Notes under the pieces: generated by a model
What the model saw: only the letters and a program-made list of their open reading frames with translations
What the model was told of the DNA's origin: nothing
The model's database searches: none
Shown: positions 9,174 to 21,155 of the stretch, piece after piece
Numbering within the stretch: the stretch's first letter is position 1
How the letters are laid out: each line of letters opens with the position of its first letter
Translations under genes and position numbers: made by a program
Source of the DNA: an uncultured Candidatus Rokubacteria bacterium
GTDB lineage: Bacteria; Methylomirabilota; Methylomirabilia; Rokubacteriales; CSP1-6
Assembly: GCA_963789955.1 (NCBI GenBank)
Contig: CAWBMV010000037.1
Location: 256,001 to 320,000, forward strand
Reading direction: 5' to 3'
Length of the DNA stretch: 64,000 nucleotides

Positions 9174-11767
9174 CTTCCGCGATGCCCTTGCCGGAGTCGT
9201 GCACGCCGACCTCGACGTAGGGCGCGCCCGCGACCGACGTCCAGACGGTCACCTTGCGCGCCGGGGCTCCGCCGTTCGCCGCAGCCGCGATGGCGTTGGT
9301 AAGCAGGTTCAAGATCACCTGCTGGATCTGGATGATATCGCCGTAGGCGATCGGCAGGGCGGGCGCGGAGGAGAACTCGATCGTGACGGCATGCAGCAGC
9401 GCCTCGTTCGCAACGAGGCCGATCGTGTCTGCGACGAGAGCGTTGAGCGCAAGTGGCATGCTGACGACGTCGGTCTTCGTGAGTAGTCGCCGCATGCGCA
9501 GTATCACCTCGCCGGCTCGCTGGTCATCGCTGATGATGTCGGCCAGACACGCGCGCAACTCCCCGAGATCCGGCTGCGAGCGAGCCAGCAGCCGCTTCGC
9601 CGCCTGGGCGTTGATGAGCACGGCCGTCAGCGGCTGGTTCAGCTCATGCGCGAGCGATGAGGCGAGCTGGCCCATGCTGGCGACGCGGTCGAGATGGGCG
9701 ATCTGACTCAGATGGCGCCGCGCGGACGCCTCCGCCTGCCGTCGCGCCGTCACATCGAAGTGCATCACGGCCGCTCCCCCGCCGAGACGGGCCAAGCGTC
9801 GCACCCTGACTTCGAACCAGCGGTCCTCGCCGAGCCGGGAGGTCGGATATTCGACAGTGAACTCGTCCCGCTCCCCTCGAAGAACAGCTTCGATGGAGGC
9901 GTGCACTTTTCGGGCAATGTCGGGCGGCATGCCGATCGCGTTTCGGCAAGCCTCCACGTAGTTCGCGCCCACCTTCAGCGCGAATTGGGCGGCCGCTCCG
10001 CTCCGCGCCGCGGTGGCCCACGCTTCATTGGTTTGCACGATCGTGCCGGCGGAGTCGATGATCGCCGTCTCTCCCGGCAGCGCCGCGAGGACGGCGCCGG
10101 CGGTCGCGACACTGCTCTCGACCACGGCGGCGCTTCGCACGCGAATGAGCGCGGTGGAGAACGGCTCGGCCAGGGTCTGGAGCTGCTGCACGACGTGGGC
10201 GTGCCACCGGCGCTCCGCATGCAGGCTGAGGAAGACGAGGAACCCCAACAGGCGATCACCGTCGAACAACGGGATCGCGGCGAAGGACCGGACGCCCGCC
10301 GCCCGCAGACCAGCGCGCTCCGCCGACGCGTGCGGCGGAAAATCGTCGGGGCTCGAGAAGCACATGATATGGCCGGCTTCTGCGCGCTCCCGGAAGTACG
10401 GGAACGATTGCAGGTCGGCAATCACCGGGGGGGCGGGTTGGTCTTGCCGCTGCCAAACGTGCGTGAGAGACAGGACGGCGCTGTTCTCAGCGCGCTGCCA
10501 CAGACTGCCGCGATCGACACCGAGGAACATCACGACACGCTGTAGACCGTCGCGGATCCGCTCGTCGAGCTGGCCCAAGGTGGCGGTCGCACACGCCGCA
10601 ATGACCTCGCTCACGAGCGTCTCGAAGCGAAGGCCCTCGGCCAGGACCGCCTGGGCCTCGCGGCGGCGGCGACGCTGGACGAGCAGCGTGACGATGAGTG
10701 CCGCCTGCACGCAGATGAGTCCGACCACGCTCACGATATGCCAGCGGTATTCCTGCCAGAGCGGCGGCTGGCGAAAGAGAATCACGCTGCCGAGCGGCAG
10801 GCGATCCTGGCTGATATTCCACCGTCGCAGCTCCCGCCAGTCGTACCGCGGGCCCAGAGCGGGGATGATCTGGGAGGGAACTTGGAGATTGGTTCCCCGC
10901 GCAGGACCCGAATGGCGATGCGGGCCGACTCCTCGCCCTCGACTTCTGCCTGATACAAGTGGCCGCCGACGATCCCGAGACCCAGCTGGTGCTGGTAGAG
11001 GCCATTGATGGGCGCACTGGCGACCGCATGCAGACGCTGGAGCGCCTCGTCCTCGTTGTGAGTCACGCCGGCCGCATCCCGGAGAAGCAGGCCGAGGAGA
11101 ATGAAAGATCGCGGCGGCAACGTGGCCGCGAGTTCCAGCATCTGTTCGAATGTCAGGTCATTGACCCAGGTGAATTTCACGCGGTCCGTAAAAGGGGCAA
11201 AGGTCTTCTGGAACTCGATCGCCCAGTATCGTTCGAGCGGCGTCGCGCCCAGCACCACGACGATGTGGTTCGTGTCCGGCGCCAGCTCGAGAATGTCCTC
11301 CACGAGACCGGCCAGCTTGAAGTCTTCCCCGACAAAGGTGGCATTCTTGACCGACCCTGGCGGCAGCGCCCGCCGGTCCATCCCGGTGTAGATGACGGGC
11401 GTCCGCGGAAACAGACGATCACGAAACTTGTTCACGAAGCGGCCGGCCGGCGATCCGATCGGCACCACCAGATCGGGTTGCCACTTCGCGAGACGCGCGC
11501 GCAGGAACTCGACGAACGGGCCCTCCATGTCCGGCTGCGCGTAGCGCGCCATGTCCAGCGAGACTCCGTCGAGATCGACGCGGCTTCCCAGCGCCTTGGT
11601 TAGCGTGGTCTCGAACGCGGTCGAATGGGTCGTGAACGGGGGCGCCGTGCTCCCGAAGGAGTGGACGATGAGGACGCGCTTGGGCTCAGGCTCCGCCCCG
11701 GTGGAGGCACTGGCAGTGAGCGCCACGAGGAGGAGCCCGAGCGATAGCCTGCCCCAGATCGTCTCAT
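9174..11767 (-). pseudogene. Sensor histidine kinase (ABC-SBP-like periplasmic domain, TM, GAF, PAS, HisKA, truncated HATPase)
   Basis: LAHELNQPL, QVILNLLTNA, HDSGKG, then sequence runs into hslR with no F/G2 box; frameshifts near 11760 and 10850-10790. Confidence 0.75.
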
Positions 11768-11788
11768 AGCGGCAAAGGAGCCCAGACA

Positions 11789-12460
11789 ATGACACGGTTC
11801 GCCGTGCCGGTGATCGTGATGATGTTGACGGCCGTCGCGTGGGCCGCTGACGTCGTCGTGATCGAGGACTGGAAGGTCCAGAAGCTGGGAGCGAAGGGCA
11901 TTCCGGACGGCTGGCTCGGGGGACAGACGTGGGGGCTCCCTCAACACGACATGACCATTGAAGAGCAGGACGGTCAGCGCGTCCTGCACCTCAAGAGCAA
12001 GATCGAAAGCTCGACGATCCGGAAGGACATCAAGGGCAAGGTCAACCTCAAGGAAACACCGATCCTCGAGTGGACGTGGAAGGGCGTCGTCCTGCCGACG
12101 AACGCGGACTGCCGGAAGAAGAGCGCGGACGACCAGGCGGCGCAGCTCTACGTCGTGTGGCCGCGCTTCCCCGAGGCGGTGCGCTCACAGATCATCGGCT
12201 ACATCTGGGACACGACCGCGCCGGTCGGCACCATCGTGAAAAGTGAAAAGACGGGGACCGTCACCTACGTCGTCGTGCGGTCGGGCCCGGCCGATCTCGG
12301 CAAGTGGCTGACCGAGCGGCGCAACGTGGCCGAGGACTACCGGAAGATCTACGGGACTGCGCCGGACAATCCCGGCATCATCTCGCTGGCCATCGACTCG
12401 GACGACACGTCGTCGTCCGCGGAGTCCTTCTTCGGCTCGATCCTCTTCAAGAAGCCGTAG
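11789..12460 (+). CDS. Exported DUF3047-family protein
   Basis: Signal peptide; PILEWTWK, DDQAAQLYVVW, WLTERRNVAEDY, AIDSDDT. Confidence 0.75.
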   Translation: MTRFAVPVIVMMLTAVAWAADVVVIEDWKVQKLGAKGIPDGWLGGQTWGLPQHDMTIEEQDGQRVLHLKSKIESSTIRKDIKGKVNLKETPILEWTWKGVVLPTNADCRKKSADDQAAQLYVVWPRFPEAVRSQIIGYIWDTTAPVGTIVKSEKTGTVTYVVVRSGPADLGKWLTERRNVAEDYRKIYGTAPDNPGIISLAIDSDDTSSSAESFFGSILFKKP

Positions 12461-12481
12461 CAGCGCGGCGACAATGTCGAT

Positions 12482-13360
12482 CTAGCGGAGATCGCCGACG
12501 AGCTGAGGCATCGCCGCCGCGAGCTCTGAGGCGGTGGCGTCGGCCGCGGCGTTGATCGCAGCCAGCAGCGCGCTGTTCATCACGCTCATGTACCACCGGC
12601 CGGCTTCGGATTCGACGAACTGCACGTACTGGTCGAGCTCATCGTCCGAAAGACCGCGATAGGCGAGGAGCATGCTCACCATGCACACGCGCCGCATGTC
12701 CTCGAGCGTCCGGTTCCGCGCCTGCGCGATCTGCTTGTCGAGCTGATCCCGGGTCAGGCCGGCCACCGCCGGCAGGCCGGGCTGGAAGGCCACGGTCAGG
12801 CTCCGCACGATCGCGACCGTGACGTCGACCGTCGTCTCCGATGCACCGCCGACCGCATCCAGCCGCTCGATCAGCTCGAGACGCCGCGCCGACGGGGGAT
12901 TCTGCTCGAGGTCGGCGACCGCCTCCGGGCCGCCGGCGGCGATGAGCGCAGCCAGCTCCTGCCCGGTGATTCGCTTGCCGAGCGGTGATTCGTACCAGGC
13001 GAGCGTCTGCTGCAGACGTCCGGGTTCGAGGTCGCGCTGGAATTCGGTCTTGATCCTCGCGTAGAGCGTGCCGGGCGCGAAACGCTCGGCCACGATCCGA
13101 TCGATCGTCAGACGGTCCTGGTTGCTCTGTCTTCGGTGGGCACGCAGGAACTGCGCGCGGATGCCGGCCGTCAGGCCATCGAGCTGAACGCTCAGTCCCG
13201 AGCTCTGCAGGAGATCGTCGAGTACTCGGGTCTCGGCCTGATGGTCCGGCGGCGCGACGACTCGGCCGCCTCGATCGCGCTCCACCGTGGCCGCCGCCGC
13301 GATTCCGCTCGATACGAGCATCGCTCCGACTACCATCGCGATCGCCGAGCCACGAGCCAT
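12482..13360 (-). CDS. Exported hypothetical protein (DUF2059-like helical repeats)
   Basis: Signal peptide; WYESPLGKRI and FVESEAGR motifs. Confidence 0.6.
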   Translation of the reverse strand: MARGSAIAMVVGAMLVSSGIAAAATVERDRGGRVVAPPDHQAETRVLDDLLQSSGLSVQLDGLTAGIRAQFLRAHRRQSNQDRLTIDRIVAERFAPGTLYARIKTEFQRDLEPGRLQQTLAWYESPLGKRITGQELAALIAAGGPEAVADLEQNPPSARRLELIERLDAVGGASETTVDVTVAIVRSLTVAFQPGLPAVAGLTRDQLDKQIAQARNRTLEDMRRVCMVSMLLAYRGLSDDELDQYVQFVESEAGRWYMSVMNSALLAAINAAADATASELAAAMPQLVGDLR

Positions 13361-13405
13361 CTCAGTTTCCCCCTGGCGCGCCGAGCGCGCTCGCCAGAGG
13401 GAAAT

Positions 13406-13422
13406 TGCATAAGCGGTGCCTG
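13406..13422 (-). promoter_or_regulatory. Putative sigma-54 promoter
   Basis: Minus strand CAGGCAC-CGCTT-ATGCA with GG-N10-GC spacing, ~45 nt upstream of ATG 13360. Confidence 0.5.
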
Positions 13423-13518
13423 AAAATCAGGCCGCTACATCACACAGTTACGGCGGTAGGCGGTAAGACCTACCGGTCAAGAACGGCTCGGTGCGAGGGA
13501 TTTGCTCACCCCGAAGCT

Positions 13519-15137
13519 CTAGATCGCCAGCGCGTACCCGTCGCGACGAGGGTCCGCGCCGGCCATGAGCGCCCCGGATTCCGGGTCGCGGACGATACCC
13601 TGCCCCCCGCCGACGATCCATGACCAGTCGTCGATCGTATTGACCTCGTGCCCGCGCTGGACGAGCCCGGCGCGAGTCTCGGCCGAGATCCGCGACTCGG
13701 CGTCGATCAGCCGATCGCGATAGACGCGTACGCGCGGCGCCTCGATCGCCTCCTGGATGTTCATGCCGAACTCGAGCACGTTGAGCAGCATCTGGGGGGT
13801 GGTCTGGAGAATCCCGTACGAGCCGGGCGTGCCGACCGAGACATGGAAGACGCCGTCGCGGAAGACCTGGGTGGGCGACATCATGGTGCCCGCCTTCCGC
13901 CCGGGGCGGACGACGTTCGGAGACGCGGGGTCGCGGTCCATCCATTTGAGGATGTTGTTGAGCACGATCCCGGTGCCGGGCACGGCGAAGCCCGAGCCGA
14001 ACGGCACCCCGAGGGTCTGCGTCACGGACACCACGGTGCCCGAGCCATCCGCGCACGCGAAATGCGTGGTGTGCTCGTTCATGAAGCTCGCGGGATGGCC
14101 TTCCGCGATCTGGCCGTCGAGCTTCTGTGGATTGTGGCGCTCGCCCTCGCTGACCGCCGCGCGCTTGCCGTCGATGCGAGCGCGCTGGGACGCCGCGTAC
14201 TTCTTGGACAGGAGTCCGGCGATCGGCACGCCGTCGGTGTAGGCATAGGCCAGCCGGTCCGCGGAGCCGAGCTTCACTGCCTCGATCAGATGATGGAGGT
14301 AGTCGACCGAGTTGTGCCGGAAGCCCTTGAGGTCGTAGCCCTCGAGGATGTTGAGTGTCTCGAGCATCTGGAACGCCGAGAACGGCGGCGGCATCGAGAA
14401 CACCTGGCGGTCGCGATACGTGATCGTCGCGGGCTCGCGCCATTCTGGAGCGAACGCGGCCAGGTCACTGTCGCTCCAGCCACCCGCCGGCCTCCCGTAC
14501 CGCCCGAGCGATCGCGCGCGCGATGGACCCGCGGTAGAACACCTCGGCGCCGCCCTCCGCCACCTGACGGAAGGTCGACCCGAGCTCCTTGTAGGTCACG
14601 ATCCCACCCGGGCGCGGGCCCGCGTTGCCGAGATAGAGGCGCTGCGCCTCCGGAGAGCGGGCGAGTGTTTGGCGCGCTCCCTCGATGAATTCCACGCTCT
14701 TGAACGTGAGGGGGACGCCGTTCTCGGCGAGCGAGATCGCCGGCGCCAGCACGCGCGCGCGGTCCATCGAACCGAAACGCTCGAGCGCGGCGAGCCAGCC
14801 ACCCAGATTCCCGGGCGTGGCGCACGACTTCGGTCCTCCCGACCAGCTCGTCGTCCGTACAGGCGGCCGCGCTCGCGGCCGCCGGCGAGCGGCCGATGAA
14901 GTCGAGCACGTGGCGCTCGCGGCCGCGCGAGATGAGCATGAGCCCGATGCCGCCGGCGCTCGACATGAACGGCTCGACCACGTTCAGGGTCGAGCCCACG
15001 GCGACCGCGGCATCGACGGCGTTGCCGCCGGCCAGCAGCATCTGGATGCCCGCCATCGAGGCGAGCGGATGAGCCGACGTGACGACACCGCGAGCTCCCA
15101 TGACGCTCGGGCGGAACGCGTTCCGATGTGGTGGCAT
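13519..15137 (-). CDS. ggt: Gamma-glutamyltransferase family protein (frameshifts near 14835 and 14470)
   Basis: [19 protein letters not shown], autocatalytic [17 protein letters not shown]. Confidence 0.9.
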
Positions 15138-15159
15138 GTGATCTCCCCCTTGGCGAGCT

Positions 15160-15774
15160 TTATAACACCGGGCGTTCGTTGAGATGGATGAGACGCCAGG
15201 TCGCGTCGATCCGCTCGAGCACCGTGAGGGCGCCGTAGTCCTGCCCCATCGAGAGCAAGCGCCCGGGCGGTAGCCCGAGCGCCCGGCAGAGCAGGGCGCG
15301 ATTCGTGCCGCCGTGCGCGACGATCGCGATCGCTTCGCCGGGGTGAGCGCCGGCGAGCGATTCGAACGCGGGCCACGCGCGCGCCTCGAGGTCCGGCACG
15401 CTCTCCCCTTCGGGAAACGGGAACTTGCCGACGTTCGCCATCCACTCGGCGAACTTCTCGGGCTCGGCCCGCTGGATCTCCGCGGCGGTCAAACCCTCCC
15501 AGCGGCCCATCGCCATCTCGCGCAGCGCCGGAACGATCGCCGGGCTGAGCGCGTGCGGCGCGCCGATGATCTCGCCGGTTCGGCGAGCGCGCGTCAGATC
15601 GCTCGAGTACAGGGCGGCCAGCTTCACCGTCGCGAGACGCCCGGCCTGCGCGGCGCTCTGACGCTCGCCGGTCGGCGAGAGCGGCACGTCGAGATGGCCG
15701 ATGAATCGCCGCGTCTCGGCGAGCACCACTTCGCCGTGGCGGAGCAGATAGATCAGCGTGCCAGATGCGACCAC
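15160..15774 (-). CDS. cobC: Histidine phosphatase, alpha-ribazole phosphatase-like
   Basis: LLRHGE, SSDLTRA, FPEGES, AHGG; directly after cobS. Confidence 0.82.
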   Translation of the reverse strand: MVASGTLIYLLRHGEVVLAETRRFIGHLDVPLSPTGERQSAAQAGRLATVKLAALYSSDLTRARRTGEIIGAPHALSPAIVPALREMAMGRWEGLTAAEIQRAEPEKFAEWMANVGKFPFPEGESVPDLEARAWPAFESLAGAHPGEAIAIVAHGGTNRALLCRALGLPPGRLLSMGQDYGALTVLERIDATWRLIHLNERPVL

Positions 15775-16498
15775 GCCGACACGGTGAGCAGGGCCGCCAG
15801 CTCCGCGATCTCGATCGCGGCGCCCAGCACGTCCCCGGTGATCCCGGAGACTCGCCCGGCGAAGAACCGCGTGAGAACCAGCGCGCTCACGAAGGAGACG
15901 ACCACGACGACGATGCCGAGGCCGCGCAGCGCGACGATCGCGACGACCAGCGCGATCGAGAGCGCGATGGGCGCGGCCAGTGCGCCGACCCCCGCGCCGA
16001 ACGCCGCGCCGAGCCCTTCCGGTTTCGCAGGCGGAGAACAGGCGCGCCAGCAGGGGCGGCGTGGCGCGCGCGACGGTCGGCGCGACCAGGAGCGCGCGCA
16101 CGCGCACGCTCGGGGGCATCTCGGTGACGGCCGCGATCTCCAGCAGCAGAAGAAGGATGAGGCCGAGCGCGCCGAACGCGCCGATCCGGCTGTCGTGCAT
16201 GATCGCCAGCCGGTGCTCGGCGTCGCGCCCGCCGAGACCGTCGAGGCAATCGGCGAGCCCGTCGAGGTGAAGGCCGCCGGTGAGCAGCTTCCACACGGTT
16301 ACGGTAATCAACCCGGCCAGGAGTAAGGGGAAAATCACCTGAGTCACACGGTCGGTGGCCGCGAGCAGTCACGCCGATCCCGAGGCCGATTACTGGAAAC
16401 CAGGGGGCGGAGCGGCCGAGCGCGTCGGCGCTCAACCGTACTCGACCGGGCAGCGGCACGATCGTCAGGTACCGCGCGGCGACGACGAGGCCCGTCAC
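15753..16498 (-). CDS. cobS: Adenosylcobinamide-GDP ribazoletransferase (frameshifts near 16360 and 16035)
   Basis: YLTIVP, TGGLHLDGLADCLDG, MHDSRIGAFG, GITGDVLGA. Confidence 0.92.
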
Positions 16499-16593
16499 GG
16501 CGCGAATGCTAGCACGTTCTGCTTGACGGCCCCGGCAGAGCGAGGAGACAATTTCTCAGAAGCGACCCACCTCCGAGCGCAAGAAAGGCCGTC

Positions 16594-18336
16594 ATGAGCG
16601 TGACCAGCGTGGCCCAGAAGTGGGTATCCGAGGCCGCCGGCCTGACGCAACCGTCGCGCGTGGTCTGGTGTGACGGGTCCAAGGCCGAGTACGACTCCCT
16701 GATCGAGGCCATGCTGCAGGACGGCACGCTCCTGCCGTTGAACCCGAAGACGTATCCGAACTGCTACCTGCACCGCAGCCACCCCTCGGACGTCGCGCGC
16801 ACGGAGCAGCTCACGTTCATCTGCTCGCGCGAGAAGGATTCCGCCGGTCCCACCAACAACTGGATCTCGCCGATCGAGGCGAAGTCGACCGCCGGGGCCT
16901 TGTTCCGGGGCAGCATGCGCGGCCGGACGATGTGGGTCATTCCGTATCTCATGGGCCCGGCCGGCTCGCCGATGAGCCGAACCGGCCTGATGGTCACCGA
17001 TAGCGCCTACGTCGTGGCGAGCATGCACCTGATGACTCGCGTGGGGCAGGTCGCGATCCAGCACATGCGGCGCGACGACGACTTCATCGCCGGGCTCCAC
17101 TCGATGGGTGACCTCTCGCCCGAGCGACGCCTGATCCTGCACTTCCCTGAAGAAAAGCTCATCTGGAGCGTGGGATCCGGCTACGGCGGCAACGCGCTGC
17201 TCGGCAAGAAATGCCACGCGCTGCGGATCGCGTCCTGGCAGGCCCGCCAGGAGGGCTGGCTCGCGGAGCACATGCTGATCATCGGCGTCGAAGATCCCGA
17301 GGGTCGGATCACGTATCTGGCGGCCGCGATGCCGAGCGCCTCGGGTAAGACGAATCTCGCGATGGCGGTCTCGCAGCTTCCGGGCTGGCGCGTGTGGACG
17401 GTCGGCGACGACATCGCGTGGATGTGGGTCGACGCGAACGGCCAGCTGCGCGCCGTCAACCCCGAGCGCGGCTTCTTCGGCGTCGCGCCCAACACGAGCC
17501 CCAAGACGAACCCGAACGCGACCGCGATGGTCCGCTCGAACACGATCTTCACCAACGTCGCGCTGACGCCGTCGCAGGAGCCGTGGTGGGAAGGGCTCAC
17601 GCCGACGGCGCCGGCCGGGCTCACCGACTGGCAGGGACGGCCGTGGCAGCCGGGCGCCGGCGCGGCGGCTCACCCGAACTCGCGCTTCACGGTGCTCGCC
17701 GAGCAATGTCCGTCGATCGCGCCGAACTGGGAAGAGCCGCAGGGCGTGCCGATCTCCGGCGTCATCTTCGGCTCGCGCCGCACCGGCGTGATCCCGCTGG
17801 TGTTCGAGGCATTCGACTGGTCGCACGGCGTGTTCCTGGGCTCGGCCATGAGCACCGAGACGACCGCCGCGATCACCGGCAAGGTCGGCGTCGTACGCCG
17901 CGATCCGATGGCGATGATCCCGTTCTGCGGCTACAACATGGGCGACTACTTCGCCCACTGGCTCGCGACCGGGCCGCGCCTCACCAACCCGCCGCGCATC
18001 TTCCGGGTGAACTGGTTCCGCCGCGACGCCGAGGGCCGCTTCCTGTGGCCGGGCTACGGCGAGAACGTGCGCGTGCTCAAGTGGATGGTCGAGCGAATCC
18101 GCGGCACGGGTCGGGCGGACGAGACGCCGATCGGCTGGGTTCCGGCGGCGGGCGCGCTCGACACCGGCGGGCTCGAGGTCGACCCCGCGCAGCTCCGTGA
18201 GGCGCTGAAGTGCGACGCCGGAGAGTGGCTGCAGGCCCTCGAGGAGCTCGACGAGTTCTACAAGCAGTTCGGCCCGCGGCTTCCGCAGCCGATCGCCGAC
18301 ACGCTCGCGACGACGCGCCGCCGCTTCGGCGCCTGA
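16594..18336 (+). CDS. pckG: Phosphoenolpyruvate carboxykinase (GTP)
   Basis: GSGYGGNALLGKKC, WLAEHM, PSASGKTN, VGDDIAW, HPNSRF, WPGYGEN. Confidence 0.97.
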   Translation: MSVTSVAQKWVSEAAGLTQPSRVVWCDGSKAEYDSLIEAMLQDGTLLPLNPKTYPNCYLHRSHPSDVARTEQLTFICSREKDSAGPTNNWISPIEAKSTAGALFRGSMRGRTMWVIPYLMGPAGSPMSRTGLMVTDSAYVVASMHLMTRVGQVAIQHMRRDDDFIAGLHSMGDLSPERRLILHFPEEKLIWSVGSGYGGNALLGKKCHALRIASWQARQEGWLAEHMLIIGVEDPEGRITYLAAAMPSASGKTNLAMAVSQLPGWRVWTVGDDIAWMWVDANGQLRAVNPERGFFGVAPNTSPKTNPNATAMVRSNTIFTNVALTPSQEPWWEGLTPTAPAGLTDWQGRPWQPGAGAAAHPNSRFTVLAEQCPSIAPNWEEPQGVPISGVIFGSRRTGVIPLVFEAFDWSHGVFLGSAMSTETTAAITGKVGVVRRDPMAMIPFCGYNMGDYFAHWLATGPRLTNPPRIFRVNWFRRDAEGRFLWPGYGENVRVLKWMVERIRGTGRADETPIGWVPAAGALDTGGLEVDPAQLREALKCDAGEWLQALEELDEFYKQFGPRLPQPIADTLATTRRRFGA

Positions 18337-18354
18337 GCGCGACGTCCGCTCGGT

Positions 18355-21148
18355 CTACGACGCGCGCCGGTTGCCGCCGGCGACGAGCTGGATCACCCGC
18401 CGCACTTCGCCGCGATCGAAGGGCTTGCTCAGCCCCGGCACTCCGGTCTGCTCGAGGAACGTCTGGATCTCCGCGCTCAGGACGTCGCCGGTCATGAGCA
18501 CGAAGCGCCGGCAGAGGTCCGGAAGCCGGCGCTCGAGCGCGCGATAGAGCCCGGGACCGTCGAGGTACGGCATCCGCACGTCGCTGAGGATCAAATCGTA
18601 CGACGCCCGCCGGAGCTGCTCGAGCGCCTGTGTCCCATCCGCCACCGTGTCGACCGTGTGGTGATCGGCGCCGAGCATCTCGCCGAGCAGCTGGGTCACC
18701 AGGCGCTCGTCGTCGACGACGAGGATGCGCTTGCCCTTCACGACCGGCGGCGCGTCCGTCGCGCGCTTCCCGGAGGTCACCGGGGGCGCCACCACCGGGA
18801 GCTCCACCCGGAAGATCGCGCCGTGTCCCGCCTCGCTCACGAGCGACAGCGTGCCGCCGTGACCTTCGACGATCCCGTGGCAGAGCGAGAGACCGAGACC
18901 CGTCCCCTGCCCGACGGGCTTCGTCGTGAAGAACGGCTCGAAGATGCGGTCGCGGATCTCGGCGGAGATCCCGGGGCCGGTGTCCTCGACGTCGAGCGAG
19001 ACGCGGCCGCGCACCGCGTCGGCCCGCGTGCGCAGGGTCAGCCGGCGCGGCTCCGGCGCCTTGCGCAGCTCGTCGCGGGCATTGGTGATCAAGTTCACCA
19101 CGACCTGGTGGAGCTGATGCGGGTCGGCCCACAGCACCGGGAGACCGTCGGTCAGATCGAGCCCGACCTCGATGCGGTCGACGCGCAGGTGATACGCGAG
19201 CAGCTCGGCCGCGTCGCGCGCGATGTCGTTCAAGCGCACGAGCTGCCGCTCCGGCGGATGGCGCCGCGCGAGCGCCAGGAAGTTGCGCACGATCGAGGCG
19301 CAGCGATCGGCCGCGTGCGCGATGGCCTCCGCGCGCGTCGCCGACGGCGTACCCGCCAGCTCCTGACGGAGCAAGTTCGCGTAGCCGGTCACCGCGGTCA
19401 GCGGATTGTTCAGCTCGTGTGCGACCCCGGCGAGGACCGTGCCCATCGTCGCGAGCTTCTCGGTCTGGTACAGCGCCTCGCGCTGACGGCGAAGCTCGGC
19501 GTCGATTCGCTTGCGCTCGGTCATGTCGCGCACGATCGCCGAAAGGAACTCGATGGATCCGTCGGCGCCGCGATGGGCGACGGCGACCACCGACACCGGC
19601 ACCTCGCGCCCGTCGCGCGCCAGGAGCACCGCCTCGCCCGTCCAGAGACCGTCCCGGATCAGCGCCGGCCAGATCTCGTCGTGGACGACCGGACGCAGCC
19701 GTTCCGGCGCCAGGCCCGCGATCGGATGCCCGAGCGCGTCGTGCGGCCGCGAGGCCGAGCAGGGCTTGGCCCGCGGCGTTGAGGTATTGCAGGCGCCCTG
19801 ACAGATCGGCGATCGCCACCAGATCGGTCGTGGCTTCGAGGATCGCGGTGAGCCGCTCGCGCGCCTCGAGCTCGAGCCGCAGGCGGCGGTAGAGGCGCGC
19901 GTTCTCGACGGCGACGGCGGCGTGGTCGGCCAGCGCCAGCAGCAGCCGCTCCTCGATCGTCGTGAACTCGCGCGGCCGCGGGCTGCCGACGGCCAGCACG
20001 GCGACCAGCCCTTCGGGGCCGACGAACGACGCGGATAGCGTCTGGCCGGCCGGGCCGAAGACCGCGGTGAGATCCGGGCCGCCGGCCTGAGCCAGGAGGT
20101 GGCGCAGCGAGATCTTCCGCTCGTGCGCGAGCCGCTCGGCGAGGTTCGGCGTCACCTGGAACCGGAGCGGCTCGGCCGCGCGGTCCTCGATGCCTTCCCA
20201 CGCCACCGGCCACAGCACGCCGGTCTCGAAGAGCCACAGCACGCTCGCCTCCGCCTTGATCAGCTCGCGGGCCGCGTTCACGACCCGGCGCAGCACCTCG
20301 TCGAGGTCCTTGGTCGTGACGAGCGACTTCGCCAGATCGTTGAGGACGGTGAGACCGTCCTTCTCGTCGGCCAGCCGGCGGTGCGCGAGGACGTTCTCGA
20401 TCGTCGACGGCAGCTTGGCGAGATACCCCTCGCGCTTGATCAGGTAGTCCGCGACGCCGAGCTTGAACGCCTGGACCGCCGAGTCCTCGTCGCCTTCCCC
20501 GGCGACCATGACGACCGGGATGCGGATGCCGACGGCCTGCAGCTCCTTGAGCACCTCGATCCCCGAGAGATCCGGCATCCGGTTGTCGAGCAGCAGGACG
20601 TCGTAGTGAACGGTCTTCAGCTTGGCGAGCGCGTCCCGGGCGCGGGTGACCGTCTCGACGCGCGCGCGCCGGTCGTGCTCCTCGAAGGCGCGCAACGTCA
20701 ACGCCATGTCCTCCGGATGATGCTCGGCATAGAGCACACGGATCGGCGCGTGCCGGCGCTCGGTCGCGGTGCGAAACCAGCGGTACGCGCTCTCGAGCAC
20801 GACCGGCAAGGTGGCCAGATACTCCGGACGCTTCACCAGATAGTCGGCGGCTCCGGCCTTGAGCAGCCGGACCGTGGTGTCGGCGTCGCCCGCGGCGGTC
20901 ACGAGGACCACCGGCACTTCGAGCCCGCGCGACTTGACGGCGTCCAGCAGATCGAGACCGGTCCCGTCGGGGAGGCGATAGTCCGCGAGCATCACATCCA
21001 TGTCGCCGATCGTGACGCGCTCGACCGCCTCGGCCACCGTCTCCACGACGGTGAGCTTGATGTGGGGCGCGTGACGGACGAGGTGACGGTGGGTCGCCTC
21101 TTGATCGGCGGGATCGCCTTCGACGTAGAGCACGCGGATGGAGTCCAT
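18355..21148 (-). CDS. Cytoplasmic hybrid histidine kinase REC-REC-GAF-PAS-HisKA-HATPase-REC (frameshift near 19745)
   Basis: Two N-terminal receivers, [34 protein letters not shown]-terminal REC. Confidence 0.9.
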
Positions 21149-21155
21149 GTCGTCT

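Noticed and set aside
15160..16347. Apparent CobS-CobC fusion
   Set aside because: Frameshift artefact; CobS ends at its own TGA (15753) overlapping the cobC start region
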